A stretch of 64,000 nucleotides of DNA from Vulcanimicrobiota bacterium (GCA_963795855.1 CAWCIZ010000003.1:832001-896000), one strand, 5' to 3'; positions 11,104 to 22,658 are shown, counted from the first letter of the stretch. The notes: generated by a model from the sequence alone, not told the origin. Made by a program: numbers and translations.

Positions 11104-12931
11104 TGGACGCTCAAGTGCAAAGCGAAACTACGCGAGGTCCCGCGGTGTCTGCTCGGAGCTGTTTCAATGACGATGTTTGGTATCTGCCCAACGCTGTAGT
11201 TACATCAGCAAGTAATCATATTCATTGGAAGGTGCAACTCGGCGAAGGTCGATGTCTAACAGATCCAATACACGAGAAGATACTTTCCACGTGTAAACAG
11301 ATGCTGTACTGCATGCTTAAAGGCGATTACGGATTTTACAAGAACGCGCGCTGCCGCACCGTGTTTGGGACCTGGAGCGCCCTAAGGCCATTAGTGGTGT
11401 GGATGATTGCGCAAGGTCTGACCGCGTTTTCGGAGATGGATGAAAACCAAATAGCAGACTTACAAGGCAAAAGTCACGTCAAGTGGGTTGTCCGAGAGCC
11501 GCCAAGGCCGATTACTCTTCCCTTTAAAAGTGCTTGTGGCGCTGCGCGATAAGATTGAAGACCAACCTCCCATTAAGCCTCATGTAATGATGGAAATCCT
11601 GACGCTACCGTCCACGGCGCAAAACGAGTGCAAGACGCCTGCGATCCCAGACCATATTGCCATGCCGTTATTTCGAGAGGCGCTGGAATTCATTGAGGCA
11701 AATGCGGATTTTATTTGTGAAGTCTACGCGCAAGATTGGGAAAGCCGGCGTGTTCACTATCGGGCTACCGCAAAGGCTGGCATGACGCATGGCGCCGGCG
11801 CGTTGCGTGTGAGTCGCGAACACTTCGAAAAATATGCGTCATGCGACGTCATTCAGGCCGGTAGCCAGATCTATGCAATTCGAGAGATCTCGCAAGTGAA
11901 CGAAATGGTAACCCTACTGGAGACTGCCTGCTTTATCGTAGTGGCCGGGTTCGTTGGCATGCGCATTAGTGAGATCGGCTCATTAAAATCGGGTTGCCTT
12001 TCGGTCCAAAAGAGCAATCGCGGTCTAACATTACTTACCGTGCACGGCCTTCTTTTTAAGACTTCCAGAGAAGAAGAGGGTGTCCCGTGGCAGTGGGTCG
12101 CCGGTTGGGACGGGCCAGAAAATGTGGTCCGGAAAGCGATCGAAACGCTTGAGCGGCTTCGTCGCGCAGAAAAGTGTGAGCCAGCATCGAGTAGATATTT
12201 ATTTACCAGAAGTCACGGCCGCTTTGTGGATGGAGACGCGAATCCCCTGAAGAGCTCCTACTTTACTGCGCGAGTCAATAAATTTGCACGGCTTTATGAC
12301 ATTGAGCCGTGGCATTTTACGCCTCGCCAATTTCGACGCACCTTTGCACGGTGGGTAACGCGAAAGGACCCGAACGCGTTGCTCGCGCTTCGTCGTCACT
12401 TTGCTCATGTCTCGGTGCAAATGACGGAATTCTATTCATTCTGGGATAGTGACCTAGTCCAAGAAGTGTTAGACGCGGATATTGAGCAAGACTATGAAGC
12501 ATTGGACGAGATACTTGCCGCGGATCATTTGGCGGGCCAAAAGGGCGAAGAAATTCTGTCTCGCAACTACCGATTCCGTGGTGTCGCCGGAGAGGAAGCG
12601 CGGGAAGTCTATATCCGCGCCGAACTTGCGCGTCCGGCCGATGAACAGCTGATCATTATGCGTCACGATTACGGATATTGCATTTACTTAGACTGACAAG
12701 GCGGCCTGCGGCGGTGAACGCTGGCGCATCGGTATTGACACGTGTATGGGATGTTCAAACGCCGTATTTACGAAGCAGCATGTGCCTTTCTTAGTGCGCC
12801 AGAAGGAAGCGCGGCGTTCGATTATAGGCGCGCCAATTTTTAAGACGCTTTCAGTCCGAGCTCAGACCGACGCACAAAATGGACTTGAGCGCGTAGAAAA
12901 GCTGCTGATCGATCTTACGGGGGCGGCCTAG
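11103..12931 (+). CDS. Tyrosine recombinase 3 of island 1 (frameshifted)
   Basis: FVGMRISEIGSL, LFKT, TPRQFRRTFA, HFAHVSVQMTEFY, Cys-rich tail GYC...C...CMGCSN. Confidence 0.85.
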
Positions 12932-13309
12932 TGACGAAGAAAGAGCAAACGTTGCGCAATCTCAACGCGGCTTTGTCGCGCCTAATGAAAGGAAAACCAA
13001 CGAATGAACACAATCAGAAAAACAAGAGCCAGGTTTCTGTAGCGGCGGTGGCCCGAGAGGCAGGCGTCAAGCCCGTCACTGTTTTTAGATACCCATCTGT
13101 ATGCGATCGTATAAGGGAATTGAAAAAGCGATCGAAGAGTGCCAAGAGAACAGCAACCCGCGTCGCGAATGCGGCGGCTGAAAATCGTGAGCTAGAAGGC
13201 AGATTCGGTGTCTGATCGATCGAAATATGGAATTAACGGTTAGTCTTTCAAAATATGAGCTGTGGCGTCCGATCCGAATATCGCGGATATCGTCGGAGCC
13301 CGTCTATAG
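12931..13309 (+). CDS. Small HTH/coiled-coil accessory protein (TnpC-like)
   Basis: VSVAAVAREAGVKPVTVFRYP HTH followed by a coiled coil; fourth gene of the module; 3' end frameshifted. Confidence 0.65.
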
Positions 13310-13384
13310 TGCGACCCGACAAGTTGCACAGCGGATACGCGAACATTAGTCAGTGCAGACGAAAGCATAGCAGCCGTGCGTGAT

Positions 13385-14153
13385 TTGAGCGTCGGAATTC
13401 TCATAATCGGTTCCCTCTTATGGGACCCGGACAAAAAGCGCGTTAATTGGCGCAGATTCCCGTCTAAATATGAACGCTCAACGATATGTATGGACTCATA
13501 CCCGTTATGGGCGAACTTCTAAGGGGCGAGAATGCACCCATACGATGGTGTTCTCGACGTCGGCCGCGCAGAGCACCGCCGTCGTCGTACCCTGTCAAAA
13601 CGCGTTGAGCTCGTTCGATGATTTACGCCAAGAATCTCAACAACTCGCAGTTGCCGAAGGGCTTGGCGAAGGAAAAACTTGGAAGGACTTCGGAGCGGTT
13701 GGCATTCTTTCGAACCCGTGTTCACCCGAGGCGCAAACGCTGCTAGAGCCGTGGTCGAAGTATTTCCGGGAGCATTTCAACATTGACTGCAAAGTAACAA
13801 GGGTGAAGGGCGCCGGCGAGGAGCCGAGTCTACAGAGTGATGGCGTGCTTAACGTTGCATGGCCAAAGTGCATACGAACGCAGGAGTCAAGCGCATACGA
13901 TATTCTGCTCGCCACGGCCAATGCGCCAAACCTAAACGGAGACGATTCCTATCCAACGGCGGAGCAGATTGCGGACCGGTTCACCCAGCAGCAGTACATC
14001 ACATATTTCTCTGAAAACGTGAAGGCAGATATTTTCACCGCCGACGATCCCGAGATTTGGTCTAACGTCACAACATGGAATCCGGATTGGATATCTGTTG
14101 AAGAGCGCGTCTGCATTGATGCGGCAATTACAGCTCGGCAATCCGGCGCCTAG
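13385..14153 (+). CDS. Hypothetical protein, possibly gamma-glutamylcyclotransferase-like fold
   Basis: N-terminus in another frame reads SVGILIIGSLLWD, then RYGRTS...TMVF; frameshift near 13460. Confidence 0.5.
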
Positions 14154-14273
14154 TATCGCCGAGCATTCTTTCGCCCCGTAGCGACCAAAAACCACTAGGA
14201 GAGGCGGATGAGGCGGTTTCCTAGGAGTTGGTGAAGTCATCTACCTCTGTCCGCTGCAAAGAAAGCGTTGCAT

Positions 14274-15267
14274 ATGAATTGGGTGTTTCAATCGAATCCG
14301 AAATTGTTTGACCTTTCGAAGGCGCTCGACGAGCGATCTGCGCACACACGACATTGGGCGATGAATCAACTGCGCTCGGAAGTCACGCCCGGTGACCGTG
14401 TCTACTTCTGGCGCTCCGGCGTGGATGCGGCTCTCGTTGCCATCGGCAGAATTACTTCGCCGGTGTACGAACGTGAAGGCAACCCGTTTGGTCGGTGGGC
14501 CATCGACGTCGAATATGAGTACAAGATTCAACCTACTCTAAGCCGTGCTGAGGTCCTCGCCGACGATACGCTGACGAACGTGCGTGTTTTCAAAGGAGCA
14601 CAAGGCACCAACTTTAAGATCGATGCAACTCAAGCGGCTGCGCTCGACAGACTTACTGATCAGCGGCGTGTTCGCATTGAGGGCCCTGTGGGACCACCGC
14701 CCCCCGACAGATCCTATGCGCGCGGTGACGGAAGCTCTTCGTCATGTGCATACTACAAACGTTCGCGCGATCTCAGGTTTCATGGCCGACATGGACCCAA
14801 CGCATTTTGAATGGCTGGTCGCTGCCGTCTTTGTGCGCGCTGGATATACCGACGTTGAAGTTACGCCGCCCAGTGGTGATCGCGGCATCGACGTTAAAGC
14901 AACGGCACCGGGAGTTGTCCCGATTCGCGTCTTTATTCAGGCCAAACGTAAACCTTCCGTCGGCAGCCCCACTGTAACGCAACTACGTGGTTCTTGTCCG
15001 TCTGGCTACAGTGGCATACTCGTAACGTCAGGCACTTTTACGGACGAAGCATACGACGAAGCAGCAGACAAGACGAAACATAATCAAATCACCTTAATCA
15101 GCGGGAAAGAATTCGCGGAGCTCCTGTTGGACAATGGGATCGGCACGCGACGGATACCATTGGAAACCCACTCGTTAGCGCTGGATGAAATAACGCTCCC
15201 GTTCTTACAGGAAATTGTCCAAGTGCCGGCAGAAGCGACTGCTGACGCAACGGCTCTGCGTCCATAG
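14274..15267 (+). CDS. EVE domain - Mrr-family restriction endonuclease (frameshift near 14715)
   Basis: EVE-like WVFQSNP...W...PGDRVYFWRSG; Mrr catalytic domain MDPTHFEWLVA...SGDRGIDV...IQAKR...GILVTSGTFT. Confidence 0.8.
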
Positions 15268-15431
15268 CAAGAAAGTAGCAACTCTAGATGGGCAGATTCC
15301 AGACGATCTCCGATCTAGGCAAACCGTCATGTTTTTGAACTGGCCAACGGCGGGTTCGTGAACTCTGCAATTGAAGCGGCGGCTCCAACGGTCATCGCTC
15401 GTGCTCATTGCCGAATCTCTGTCAGATCAGC

Positions 15432-16356
15432 TTAAACATCGTGCAGTTCTTCGATCAAAGCAAGGTCGCCGATTAAACTTCCGGCCGGCGATACCGTTGC
15501 CGTATGCAGGCTGTTGAACGGTGCACGCTCCGGATCGCCAGGCGATGCATAGCGCAGCGTATTGTACGCGGCTTCGAACTGAGGATCGTTCATGATGCCA
15601 GCTTTATCTGCTAGATGGAAAATCGGAGCGGCGCCGGTTGTGGACATGAGGCCACCCGATTCGTCAAAGTCCAGCAATCCGAGGCCGCGGATATGTGCGA
15701 GGTCGGCAAAAGTGTAGTGCAATTCGCCGAAGCGCAACGAACTATGGCGGAACGACGACAGCAATGCGTCGCGGGAATCGTCGGGATAGAGGCGCGTCAA
15801 TAGCTCCTCTCGCGCGCGGGCTTCCCGCGACGAAACCCGAATTGGTCCCGTCTGCAAAAAGCTAATGAGGGCGAGCAGTCGCACCTGGCGTGGGGTGAGA
15901 TCGCGTATCCGCTCGATGGCAATGCGAGCGGCAAGCGCTTCGAGCGATTCGTCGGGCGCTTTCAGCCGCTCGACGACAACGTCCGCTAAAACGTGAAGCT
16001 GCAAGCCATCGTCAGTGTCCATCGCTGTCGCAAAGGCCTCTTGCAGGGCGCCGGTTACTTCGGGGAGTGCGAATAACACATCGAGTCGCGATTCGTCGAA
16101 TTGACGCGCGTGCTCGAGTGCATCCACGCGCGCATCCAGGAGTACAACGAATCTTCGCAATCGTTCTTGCGCCGTTTCCAAATCGGAGCCGAAAATGAGA
16201 TCATTGGCGCCGCCGCCGAAGCGTTGGCCCAAGACGCGCACGAGCGCAGGTCGCGCGCGGCGCGCGATCGTGCCAAGGCCAGCATCAAGTGCCTTGCTCG
16301 CGAATATAATCGACGGCAAGCGAGACGATTTCCGGTGGAACCGGCGGCAGGCTCAT
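15432..16356 (-). CDS. Hypothetical helical protein
   Basis: ~300-aa ORF; start inferred across a probable frameshift. Confidence 0.55.
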
Positions 16357-16588
16357 GGCGTAGTCGATTCACCTTCAGGGTGGTAACTTACTCACGTTCG
16401 CTCAACTCTGCAGCTCATTATTGGGGACCCGGACCTGAACGGGCCGCTTCCGGTATAATAGCGTCAAGTCGCGGTTCCATCACATCTCGAAGTCTTGAAA
16501 GCGCATCGGCCGCCCAGTTTGCCAATTCGGCGATCTGTGTTGCATCGTTCCGGTTAATGTTCTCCCGGACTAGCGTCAGTAACCTTGT

Positions 16589-16852
16589 TCATTTCGAGTC
16601 TTCGAAAAGGTTCGCGATCTCGTCATTCGACGCGTCGAAATCGTCCGCGATTTGTATGTTTTTTCCATCGACGCCCAATTCACGCTTCCGATGCGCCTTA
16701 TCTGCTTCGCCTTTTGGGGACTTGGAATCTTCGGGCAAATCCCACAATTCGCGCTCGCTCTTGACGTACGCGTCAGAGTTTCCGTAGACGCCTTTCAATT
16801 CACCGGCAAATGACTTGCCAACCCGACGCTGCGTTTTATCGTCTTCCTTCAT
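16589..16852 (-). CDS. Small protein made of two antitoxin-tail-like segments
   Basis: GELKGVYGNSDAYVKSERELWD and RELGVDGKNIQIADDFDA...IANLFE. Confidence 0.55.
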   Translation of the reverse strand: MKEDDKTQRRVGKSFAGELKGVYGNSDAYVKSERELWDLPEDSKSPKGEADKAHRKRELGVDGKNIQIADDFDASNDEIANLFEDSK

Positions 16853-17215
16853 CCTATTGCGACCCGTCTGCGGTTGTGATGCGACAATAATCAGCGGCTG
16901 GAACGTCCCAGCATGGCAAGAAAATTAATTCCTATAACTGAGTTCGTCCGCGGTCGGAACCCGGTCGCGCGTTGGCTGTCCATCTCGCCTGAGGACGCCT
17001 TCCTCGTTCCAAATGCCTTCAACCCGGTCGCGTACGCCGGAGGTCGTGTGGCATAGGTCGTTCCATATTTCGCTGGGTGTCAGGAGATCACGTATTCCGA
17101 CAACTAGCTCTGAAAATCTCATGCCTGCTATTACCTCGTCTGATATGCATGGTTTCGCCGTTCCCCGACCGAGCCGGTTCGACGCCGTTTCCGCCGATGA
17201 AGGCCCTGGCCTGGC

Positions 17216-17440
17216 CTAGTTTGGTCGTAGTAACCAGTCTTCGAGCTCTTCGTACAGTGTGGGCCACAGCGCCGTGCCGATCTTCCCGATTGCGGTTCCC
17301 TCGTCGGAATACATGCGGGTCAGCAGCTCGCTTAGCATCTCGTTCATAGGAGCTGCAGTACCCGCAACAGCGCCAGACGGGACATCGCGGCCGGCCGCAC
17401 GACGATTAACCATTGAATCCCCGCCACGGTTGTTCCGCAT
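17216..17440 (-). CDS. Small hypothetical protein
   Basis: 74-aa ORF co-oriented with neighbouring small ORFs. Confidence 0.35.
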   Translation of the reverse strand: MRNNRGGDSMVNRRAAGRDVPSGAVAGTAAPMNEMLSELLTRMYSDEGTAIGKIGTALWPTLYEELEDWLLRPN

Positions 17441-17512
17441 GGTTAGTCATTGTCCATGTGTCAACGCGAATTTCGGCTTCTAGAAGTAGTAATCCCAAAC
17501 GGAGCATCGGCC

Positions 17513-17710
17513 CTACTGCGCGCGCCGCTGATCAGCGGCACGGTCCAAACACTCTCGTGCCCAATTAGGTTCATCACGCACGTCGTCGTGCAAGCGCTCG
17601 AGTTCAAGATCTGCCCCGTCAATGGGTGATGAGCGAAAAAAATCAAACAAGTTAGCGTAAGCGTGCCCGGGTTCGTTCCTAATTTCCGATTGTTGCGATT
17701 CGTCGTTCAA
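17513..17710 (-). CDS. Small protein with a Phd/VapB antitoxin-tail-like segment
   Basis: NLFDFFRSSPIDGADLELERLHDDVRD; GAGGTG RBS before the TTG start. Confidence 0.55.
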   Translation of the reverse strand: MNDESQQSEIRNEPGHAYANLFDFFRSSPIDGADLELERLHDDVRDEPNWARECLDRAADQRRAQ

Positions 17711-17753
17711 TTTTTGTCACCTCACATTTACGTGCTTATGCGGTCTGGCCTTT

Positions 17754-17993
17754 TCATCGTCTAACTTCGTGCAGCAGCTTCAGAAATGCCACGTAGGCCC
17801 GCTGTTCCTGTTTGCATGCACGAGACAATGCGCGAGACCATTGAAAAGCGGTTAAAAAGGCAACCGAAACGCCGGCAAGCATGACGCCCCAATGTGGTAG
17901 CAGTCGCGCAGTGGCGCACTCATAACCTAAAAGTAGAATCGCCAAGTTCGTGACGGCGTAGATCGGAAACATGGGTCGAAACGGAGCTTTCAT
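17754..17993 (-). CDS. Small 2-TM membrane protein
   Basis: Two hydrophobic segments; closely coupled to upstream ORF. Confidence 0.5.
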   Translation of the reverse strand: MKAPFRPMFPIYAVTNLAILLLGYECATARLLPHWGVMLAGVSVAFLTAFQWSRALSRACKQEQRAYVAFLKLLHEVRR

Positions 17994-17999
17994 TGCGAG

Positions 18000-18296
18000 T
18001 CACCTTTCGGACGCTCTGAGGCGCAAAGGCATTCCGCTCGACCGGCGTAGTTTTACCGCTCGCTGGATCTCGTATGAAACGATACTTGCATAGCGCGACA
18101 GCGCTTGTCGTTGCTCCGGCACGGACCACGCGTCGATGAGGCGTGACACTTCGGCTGACTTCGCAAATACGTATCGAATGTGCCCATCGCTGAGCAGTTT
18201 CCGGTTTAACAGCTTCTGTCGATTAAACAAAAGCCATGATGCCAGCTTAAGGTTCTCAACAGCGACCGTCTTGAATCCCCTGTCATTCCAAGGCAC
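18000..18296 (-). CDS. Small basic hypothetical protein (DUF5659-like, phage/MGE type)
   Basis: NLKLASWLL...YVF pattern; divergent from the HTH gene. Confidence 0.45.
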   Translation of the reverse strand: MPWNDRGFKTVAVENLKLASWLLFNRQKLLNRKLLSDGHIRYVFAKSAEVSRLIDAWSVPEQRQALSRYASIVSYEIQRAVKLRRSSGMPLRLRASER

Positions 18297-18375
18297 TTAG
18301 AACGTTCCCCCGATGGAGCCCCGAGCTAGTGCCTTGCGCTGGATTTCCCCAGGCCGGTGAATTGGGGCGTTATTA

Positions 18376-18393
18376 CACGCCATATATGGCGTG
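18376..18393. promoter_or_regulatory. Perfect 18-bp palindrome, candidate operator
   Basis: CACGCCATATATGGCGTG between the divergent DUF5659-like and Xre genes. Confidence 0.6.
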
Positions 18394-18651
18394 GTGCATC
18401 CCGAGTTCCTTCTGTACGCTCGCCTGGTGGCGGACCACCAGTACAAGCGGGCTCTCAAACGTCTAGCCGCCAACATTCGGAAGCGGCGACGAGAGCTCGG
18501 CCTAACGCAGGAAGACGTTGCTCATGCGGCCGACATGGCGGTTCGACATTTTCAAAAGCTCAAGGACGCGGACGTTAACGTCACGCTGCGGACGATGGCG
18601 AAAGTTGCGCGTGCGTTGAAAAGCGAACTACGCGAGTGTTCTAGCCCTTGA
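18391..18651 (+). CDS. Xre/C-protein-like HTH regulator
   Basis: LAANIRKRRRELGLTQEDVA...NVTLRTMAKVARAL; true start may be slightly downstream. Confidence 0.8.
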   Translation: MVHPEFLLYARLVADHQYKRALKRLAANIRKRRRELGLTQEDVAHAADMAVRHFQKLKDADVNVTLRTMAKVARALKSELRECSSP

Positions 18652-18790
18652 GTTGCCCATTTGCCGCTGTCAGTTCAAATTACGTTTGAGGACGTGGAGC
18701 GGCTTGTAACGCACTTGCGACGTGGGTCCCCTGCCGGGCTATCGGCATCGCTTCCATATTGACACCGTAAGTACTGTTGAAACCGGCAAG

Positions 18791-19825
18791 TCATTCTGTG
18801 TCGTCGTTGCGCATACGCGCTTTTCGCGCCAATGTAGATTCCTTACGGTTAATTTCTTTAAAGCGTGGAGTGAGATTTTCCGGATACTCAAAGTCGGCGG
18901 TAGGATTTCCCGTATATCGTTCGCGTTCTTCCGGCGTGTAGGATGGATAAACGCTGTAGCGCTGCAAATTGATATGTTCTTCCAAGAGAAACCGACCCTC
19001 TATTGCAAAGAACATCGGATCAATCTCAGCGCGCACAACGTCCGCCAGCCAGTTTGCGGCCCGGGTAGCCTCGTGAATGCGCTGATAACAATCATTCTGC
19101 CAATACTCATACAGCGATCTAAGTTCTTCTCGTGTAGTCTTGAATTGAAGAAACCGCTCGCCGCGGTAAAACTGATCGCCGCGATAGAAATCGTCGCGGA
19201 CGCAAATCGAGTTGAGCCATGAAGCGCAGTGCCGCTCCTGCGAGCGTCATGGAAAACCGGCGTAGCGCCGCCTCAAGCTGAGGGCGTCTCCCGAAGAACA
19301 CGGCAGCTTGGACACGATCGCGAAACTCGATCACGTCATTTACGATATCAGTGTACCAGCCGGCGTCGCCTGTAATGCGTAGGATGTCCAATCTCGCCAC
19401 ATTGATAAGCGGCACTTAATGACCGCCTCGTCGATTAGCGTGGAATATACCAGATCGCTTGTGTCGCCAACTCGATCAATTTGATCTATCGTCAGGTGTT
19501 CGTTTACCCACAGTTCATGCGCTGTTTTTATGGCATGGAGCCTTTCGATTGGGTAATCTGCTCGCAGGACTGGATCGTCTATGATTCCATGATCGTGGCG
19601 GCAAAGTAGGATAAGGTTGCTGTAATCATCGCGCTCGACGGGCGTCAATGGGCTGTCGCCACGTGGTCCGTCCGGGCTATCCGCGACGATATGAGCCTCG
19701 TGTCCTACATTTGCAGCGTCGCCGCCCACGGAATCCATTGTTAGCCGACGACGGCAGTTTTCGAATGAACATCGGCCAGCGGCGCGACCCCATAACAATC
19801 GACGTGAGCGTTCTGTTACAGCCAT
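18791..19825 (-). CDS. HNH endonuclease with uncharacterised C-terminal domain (frameshifted)
   Basis: LWGRAAGRCSFENC...GHEAHI...GPRG...NLILLCRHDHGIID; continues in ORFs 19119..19415 and 18791..19036. Confidence 0.75.
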
Positions 19826-19849
19826 TGCGAACTCGGGCTCTGCGCGTTT

Positions 19850-20999
19850 TTAAGCTTGCGCCGGACGAAGCTTCACGGTGACGTCGCGGCCGAGCTCGAC
19901 GACGAAATTCGTCAGCCGCAATTCCGGATAAACGCGCGATATCGGCCGGCGACAGCGCCAATTCTTCAACTAACTCATCAAGTCGGCCGGGCGAACTTTC
20001 GCGAAGGGCAGCGATCGCATTGGCGAGTACGCGCGGATGCTCAAAGGGTACCTGATCTTCAAAAGGCTCGCGCTCCCGCCAACCACGTCGGTTGCGGTTA
20101 ATCCATAACCGCTTCGCCTGGTCTTGGGGAACCATTCCCAAGCGCTCACTGCGTCGAAGCATCGCGGCGACCGAAGCCTTCCACTGCGGTTTTAGCATCA
20201 ATAGCGCATCGAGCGACACGAGTGGTACTGATCGTCGGAAGGTTAGCTCAGGCATCAAGAAAGCACTACCAAAGTCAAAAGCCTGCTGTTCAATGATTTT
20301 GTGGGTTTCAGGATTTGCTTCTACGAAGCGCTTATCCACCGCGCGGTGCAGAACTAAATGTCCAATCTCATGCGCAACGTCAAGCCGCTGATGGCTCGGG
20401 CTTACATCGCGACAATTGATAACGATGAACGGTCGACCAGAGCCAGACCACTGGGAAAAGCCGTCTATCGTATCGCAGCGTACGAGTTGCGTGATCACAA
20501 CGATTCCATGGCTTTCGGCTAGACGAACTACATCAGAAATAACGCCGTCCCCCAAGCCCCAGTGCCGCCTAAGCGCAGTAGCAGCCTGCTCAATCTGGGT
20601 GGGCTGTATCTCGCGAGGATCACTAGGCGGGTGAAAATCGGGGATGTTTATCTCCGGCATGATCACGTGTACGTCGAGCACATCGACGAGATGTTGTGCC
20701 CACGCCATCTGCCTTACTGCGGCTAGACGATGTTTTGGTCGTGTCTTCGAGCGGAAATCGCGAAAGAACAGGGGACGAAGCGCTGGTTGTATTCCTGGAC
20801 GCATGAAGAATGCCAACGGCAACTCAAGCGCGGTCGCAATACGTGCGGCGGTCTCCGGTCCCGGATGAGCCTTGCCAGTCTCGTATTTGTGCAGTAGTTG
20901 TTTCGAAGTGCCGACAATCGACGCCAGGTCCTCTAGCGACATTGCGCGCGCTTCGCGAGCCTCCGCAATGCGCGCGAAGGATGCGCTGGCATTTTTCAT
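19850..20999 (-). CDS. Xre HTH - ImmA/IrrE (M78) metallopeptidase fusion
   Basis: N-terminal HTH (RIAEAREARAMSLEDLA...YETGK), IDGFS, AHEIGH (HExxH), EQQAFDFGSAFLMP. Confidence 0.9.
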
Positions 21000-21602
21000 G
21001 CGCTGGTGTGTACGTCGTTTGGAGCAGTACGCTTCTTTTTGTCGAGGCTGCACGTCGCGTTTATCCGCGACGATTTCAACGGGCACCGGTTCACGGAGCG
21101 TGGTCATAAGATCCACAAATCCCTCGGCGTAATCACCATGGCCATCGGGAAAGCGAATGTCGATGTACTGCGGCTCTTCAATGGCGCCTGGATCGAATAC
21201 AATCTGGATTTCTGCAACAACCTTTGCGAAATTAAATGCGAGCTGTCTTCCGTGTTCGTACATGCGGAACAGCGTAGGCGCAGGAACCTGGCTGCGCGCC
21301 TCCAGCCTTGCGAGTCGTGAGCCGTACGCCGGAGTCTCCAGTGACGTATAATACGTCGAGCCGTGAGGATGTCGTTCTGACTGCATGGTAACGCCGTCAA
21401 GCGTTAAATCGAGCAACGCGTTTTGAATGTCGTGGTAGCGGTCCTGGCCCAACACAGGCCCGATGTGGTAGTCCGGGCGGTAACGGGCCTTTACGTGCGC
21501 GGCGGTGCTACGGCACGCTGCGATTATTGCGGTCGCGATTGCAGCCTGGTGGGTCTTGGGGAACTGCGCTTCAAACAGCGCGAGCATCTCTTCCTGGGGC
21601 AT
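20996..21602 (-). CDS. Hypothetical protein upstream of Xre-ImmA
   Basis: AGGAGG RBS; ~200 aa; probable ATGA overlap with next gene once one indel is corrected. Confidence 0.65.
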
Positions 21603-21737
21603 GCGCCCTCCTCAAAAACGTCAACCCGTGTCTTTTAACGCACTTTTTTGCAAAAATCGTCAACTGTCCTGCTGGTTTAGTCGCTATTTGTCTACGTCGC
21701 TTCGCCTCGTTGGGCCCCGGCAGTGGAATGGGGGGCC

Positions 21738-22658
21738 TTAGTTGGCATCGTCGCCTCCCGGCGCGCCGAGGCTGCCGAACGAGACGGACGCACGAGCCAA
21801 ATACGAATACAGAGCGACACAGAGGTTGACGGCGAAGGTCGCGTCATCGCGTTCAGAGACGTCGAATCCTTGATGAACCGGATGCGACATCCACCCGTTG
21901 GCTGTGCGGATTAATTGCCCTAATAAGGCAAACGGATCCGAAGCGCGCCGCCTTTCGCGTAGTTGTCCCGCGATTCGATCGATGTAGGGAGCAAAATACT
22001 CACCTTCGTTACGTTTCTCGCCCAGCGCGCCGCCGACGGCTTCGGTTATTCGCTCAAGCGCTGTACGAGCAGTCGCGACCGCTTCACCGTAGCGACCGTC
22101 GGAAAGGAATCGCGAAGCAGCCTCTATCAGCTCGGACGCATGGGCCCAGTTTCGACCTGCAGCGGGAGGCGGCGCTGGCAGTTCGATAATTCGAACCGCC
22201 GCGCTACCAATCGCGCCCAATGCGCGCGTCCACACATCGCGCGGCACCTGCAGTGGCGGAATAAAGTTTGTAGTGTAGCGTCCTAGATTGCCATCACCGG
22301 CCGGTGTTCCGATCGCGCGCAAATCGACGTTGAAATGCGGTTCTTTGCCCGCACGAACGCGTTCGATTCCGGCCACTTGATGATCTGATAGCGGAACGAT
22401 CAGTTCCGCCGTGCCTCTTGCCACAGATTGAACCGGAATCGCGATCCCGCCGCCTTCACTGGACCATTTCAACATGCCCTCAAATAACAGCGGATAATGC
22501 TTCGACTCGTGCACAATCTGCACGCCGATGTGTAACATCGGCCCAAAGGCGCTACGAGAGCCGCGCACACGCGCGGGGTCCATTTCAATAATGACAAGCG
22601 GAGCGCCAGGGCGATGCTCGTTGGAAAGTCTCGATTCGCATTGAGGTGTCCAAACCAA
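21738..22658 (-). CDS. Hypothetical protein with helical, possibly HEPN-like C-terminus
   Basis: Long ORF; EAVATARTALE helix and R...SH segment. Confidence 0.55.
   Translation of the reverse strand: MVWTPQCESRLSNEHRPGAPLVIIEMDPARVRGSRSAFGPMLHIGVQIVHESKHYPLLFEGMLKWSSEGGGIAIPVQSVARGTAELIVPLSDHQVAGIERVRAGKEPHFNVDLRAIGTPAGDGNLGRYTTNFIPPLQVPRDVWTRALGAIGSAAVRIIELPAPPPAAGRNWAHASELIEAASRFLSDGRYGEAVATARTALERITEAVGGALGEKRNEGEYFAPYIDRIAGQLRERRRASDPFALLGQLIRTANGWMSHPVHQGFDVSERDDATFAVNLCVALYSYLARASVSFGSLGAPGGDDAN

Noticed and set aside
18791..19825. CBASS (Cap5 HNH-SAVED)
   Set aside because: No CD-NTase in the window and no SAVED motifs recognised in the C-terminal part
19677..21602. 641-aa single fusion ORF from the ORF track
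   Set aside because: A one-base correction gives a stop overlapping the Xre ATG (ATGA) and another gives a stop at 19850; two genes are more plausible
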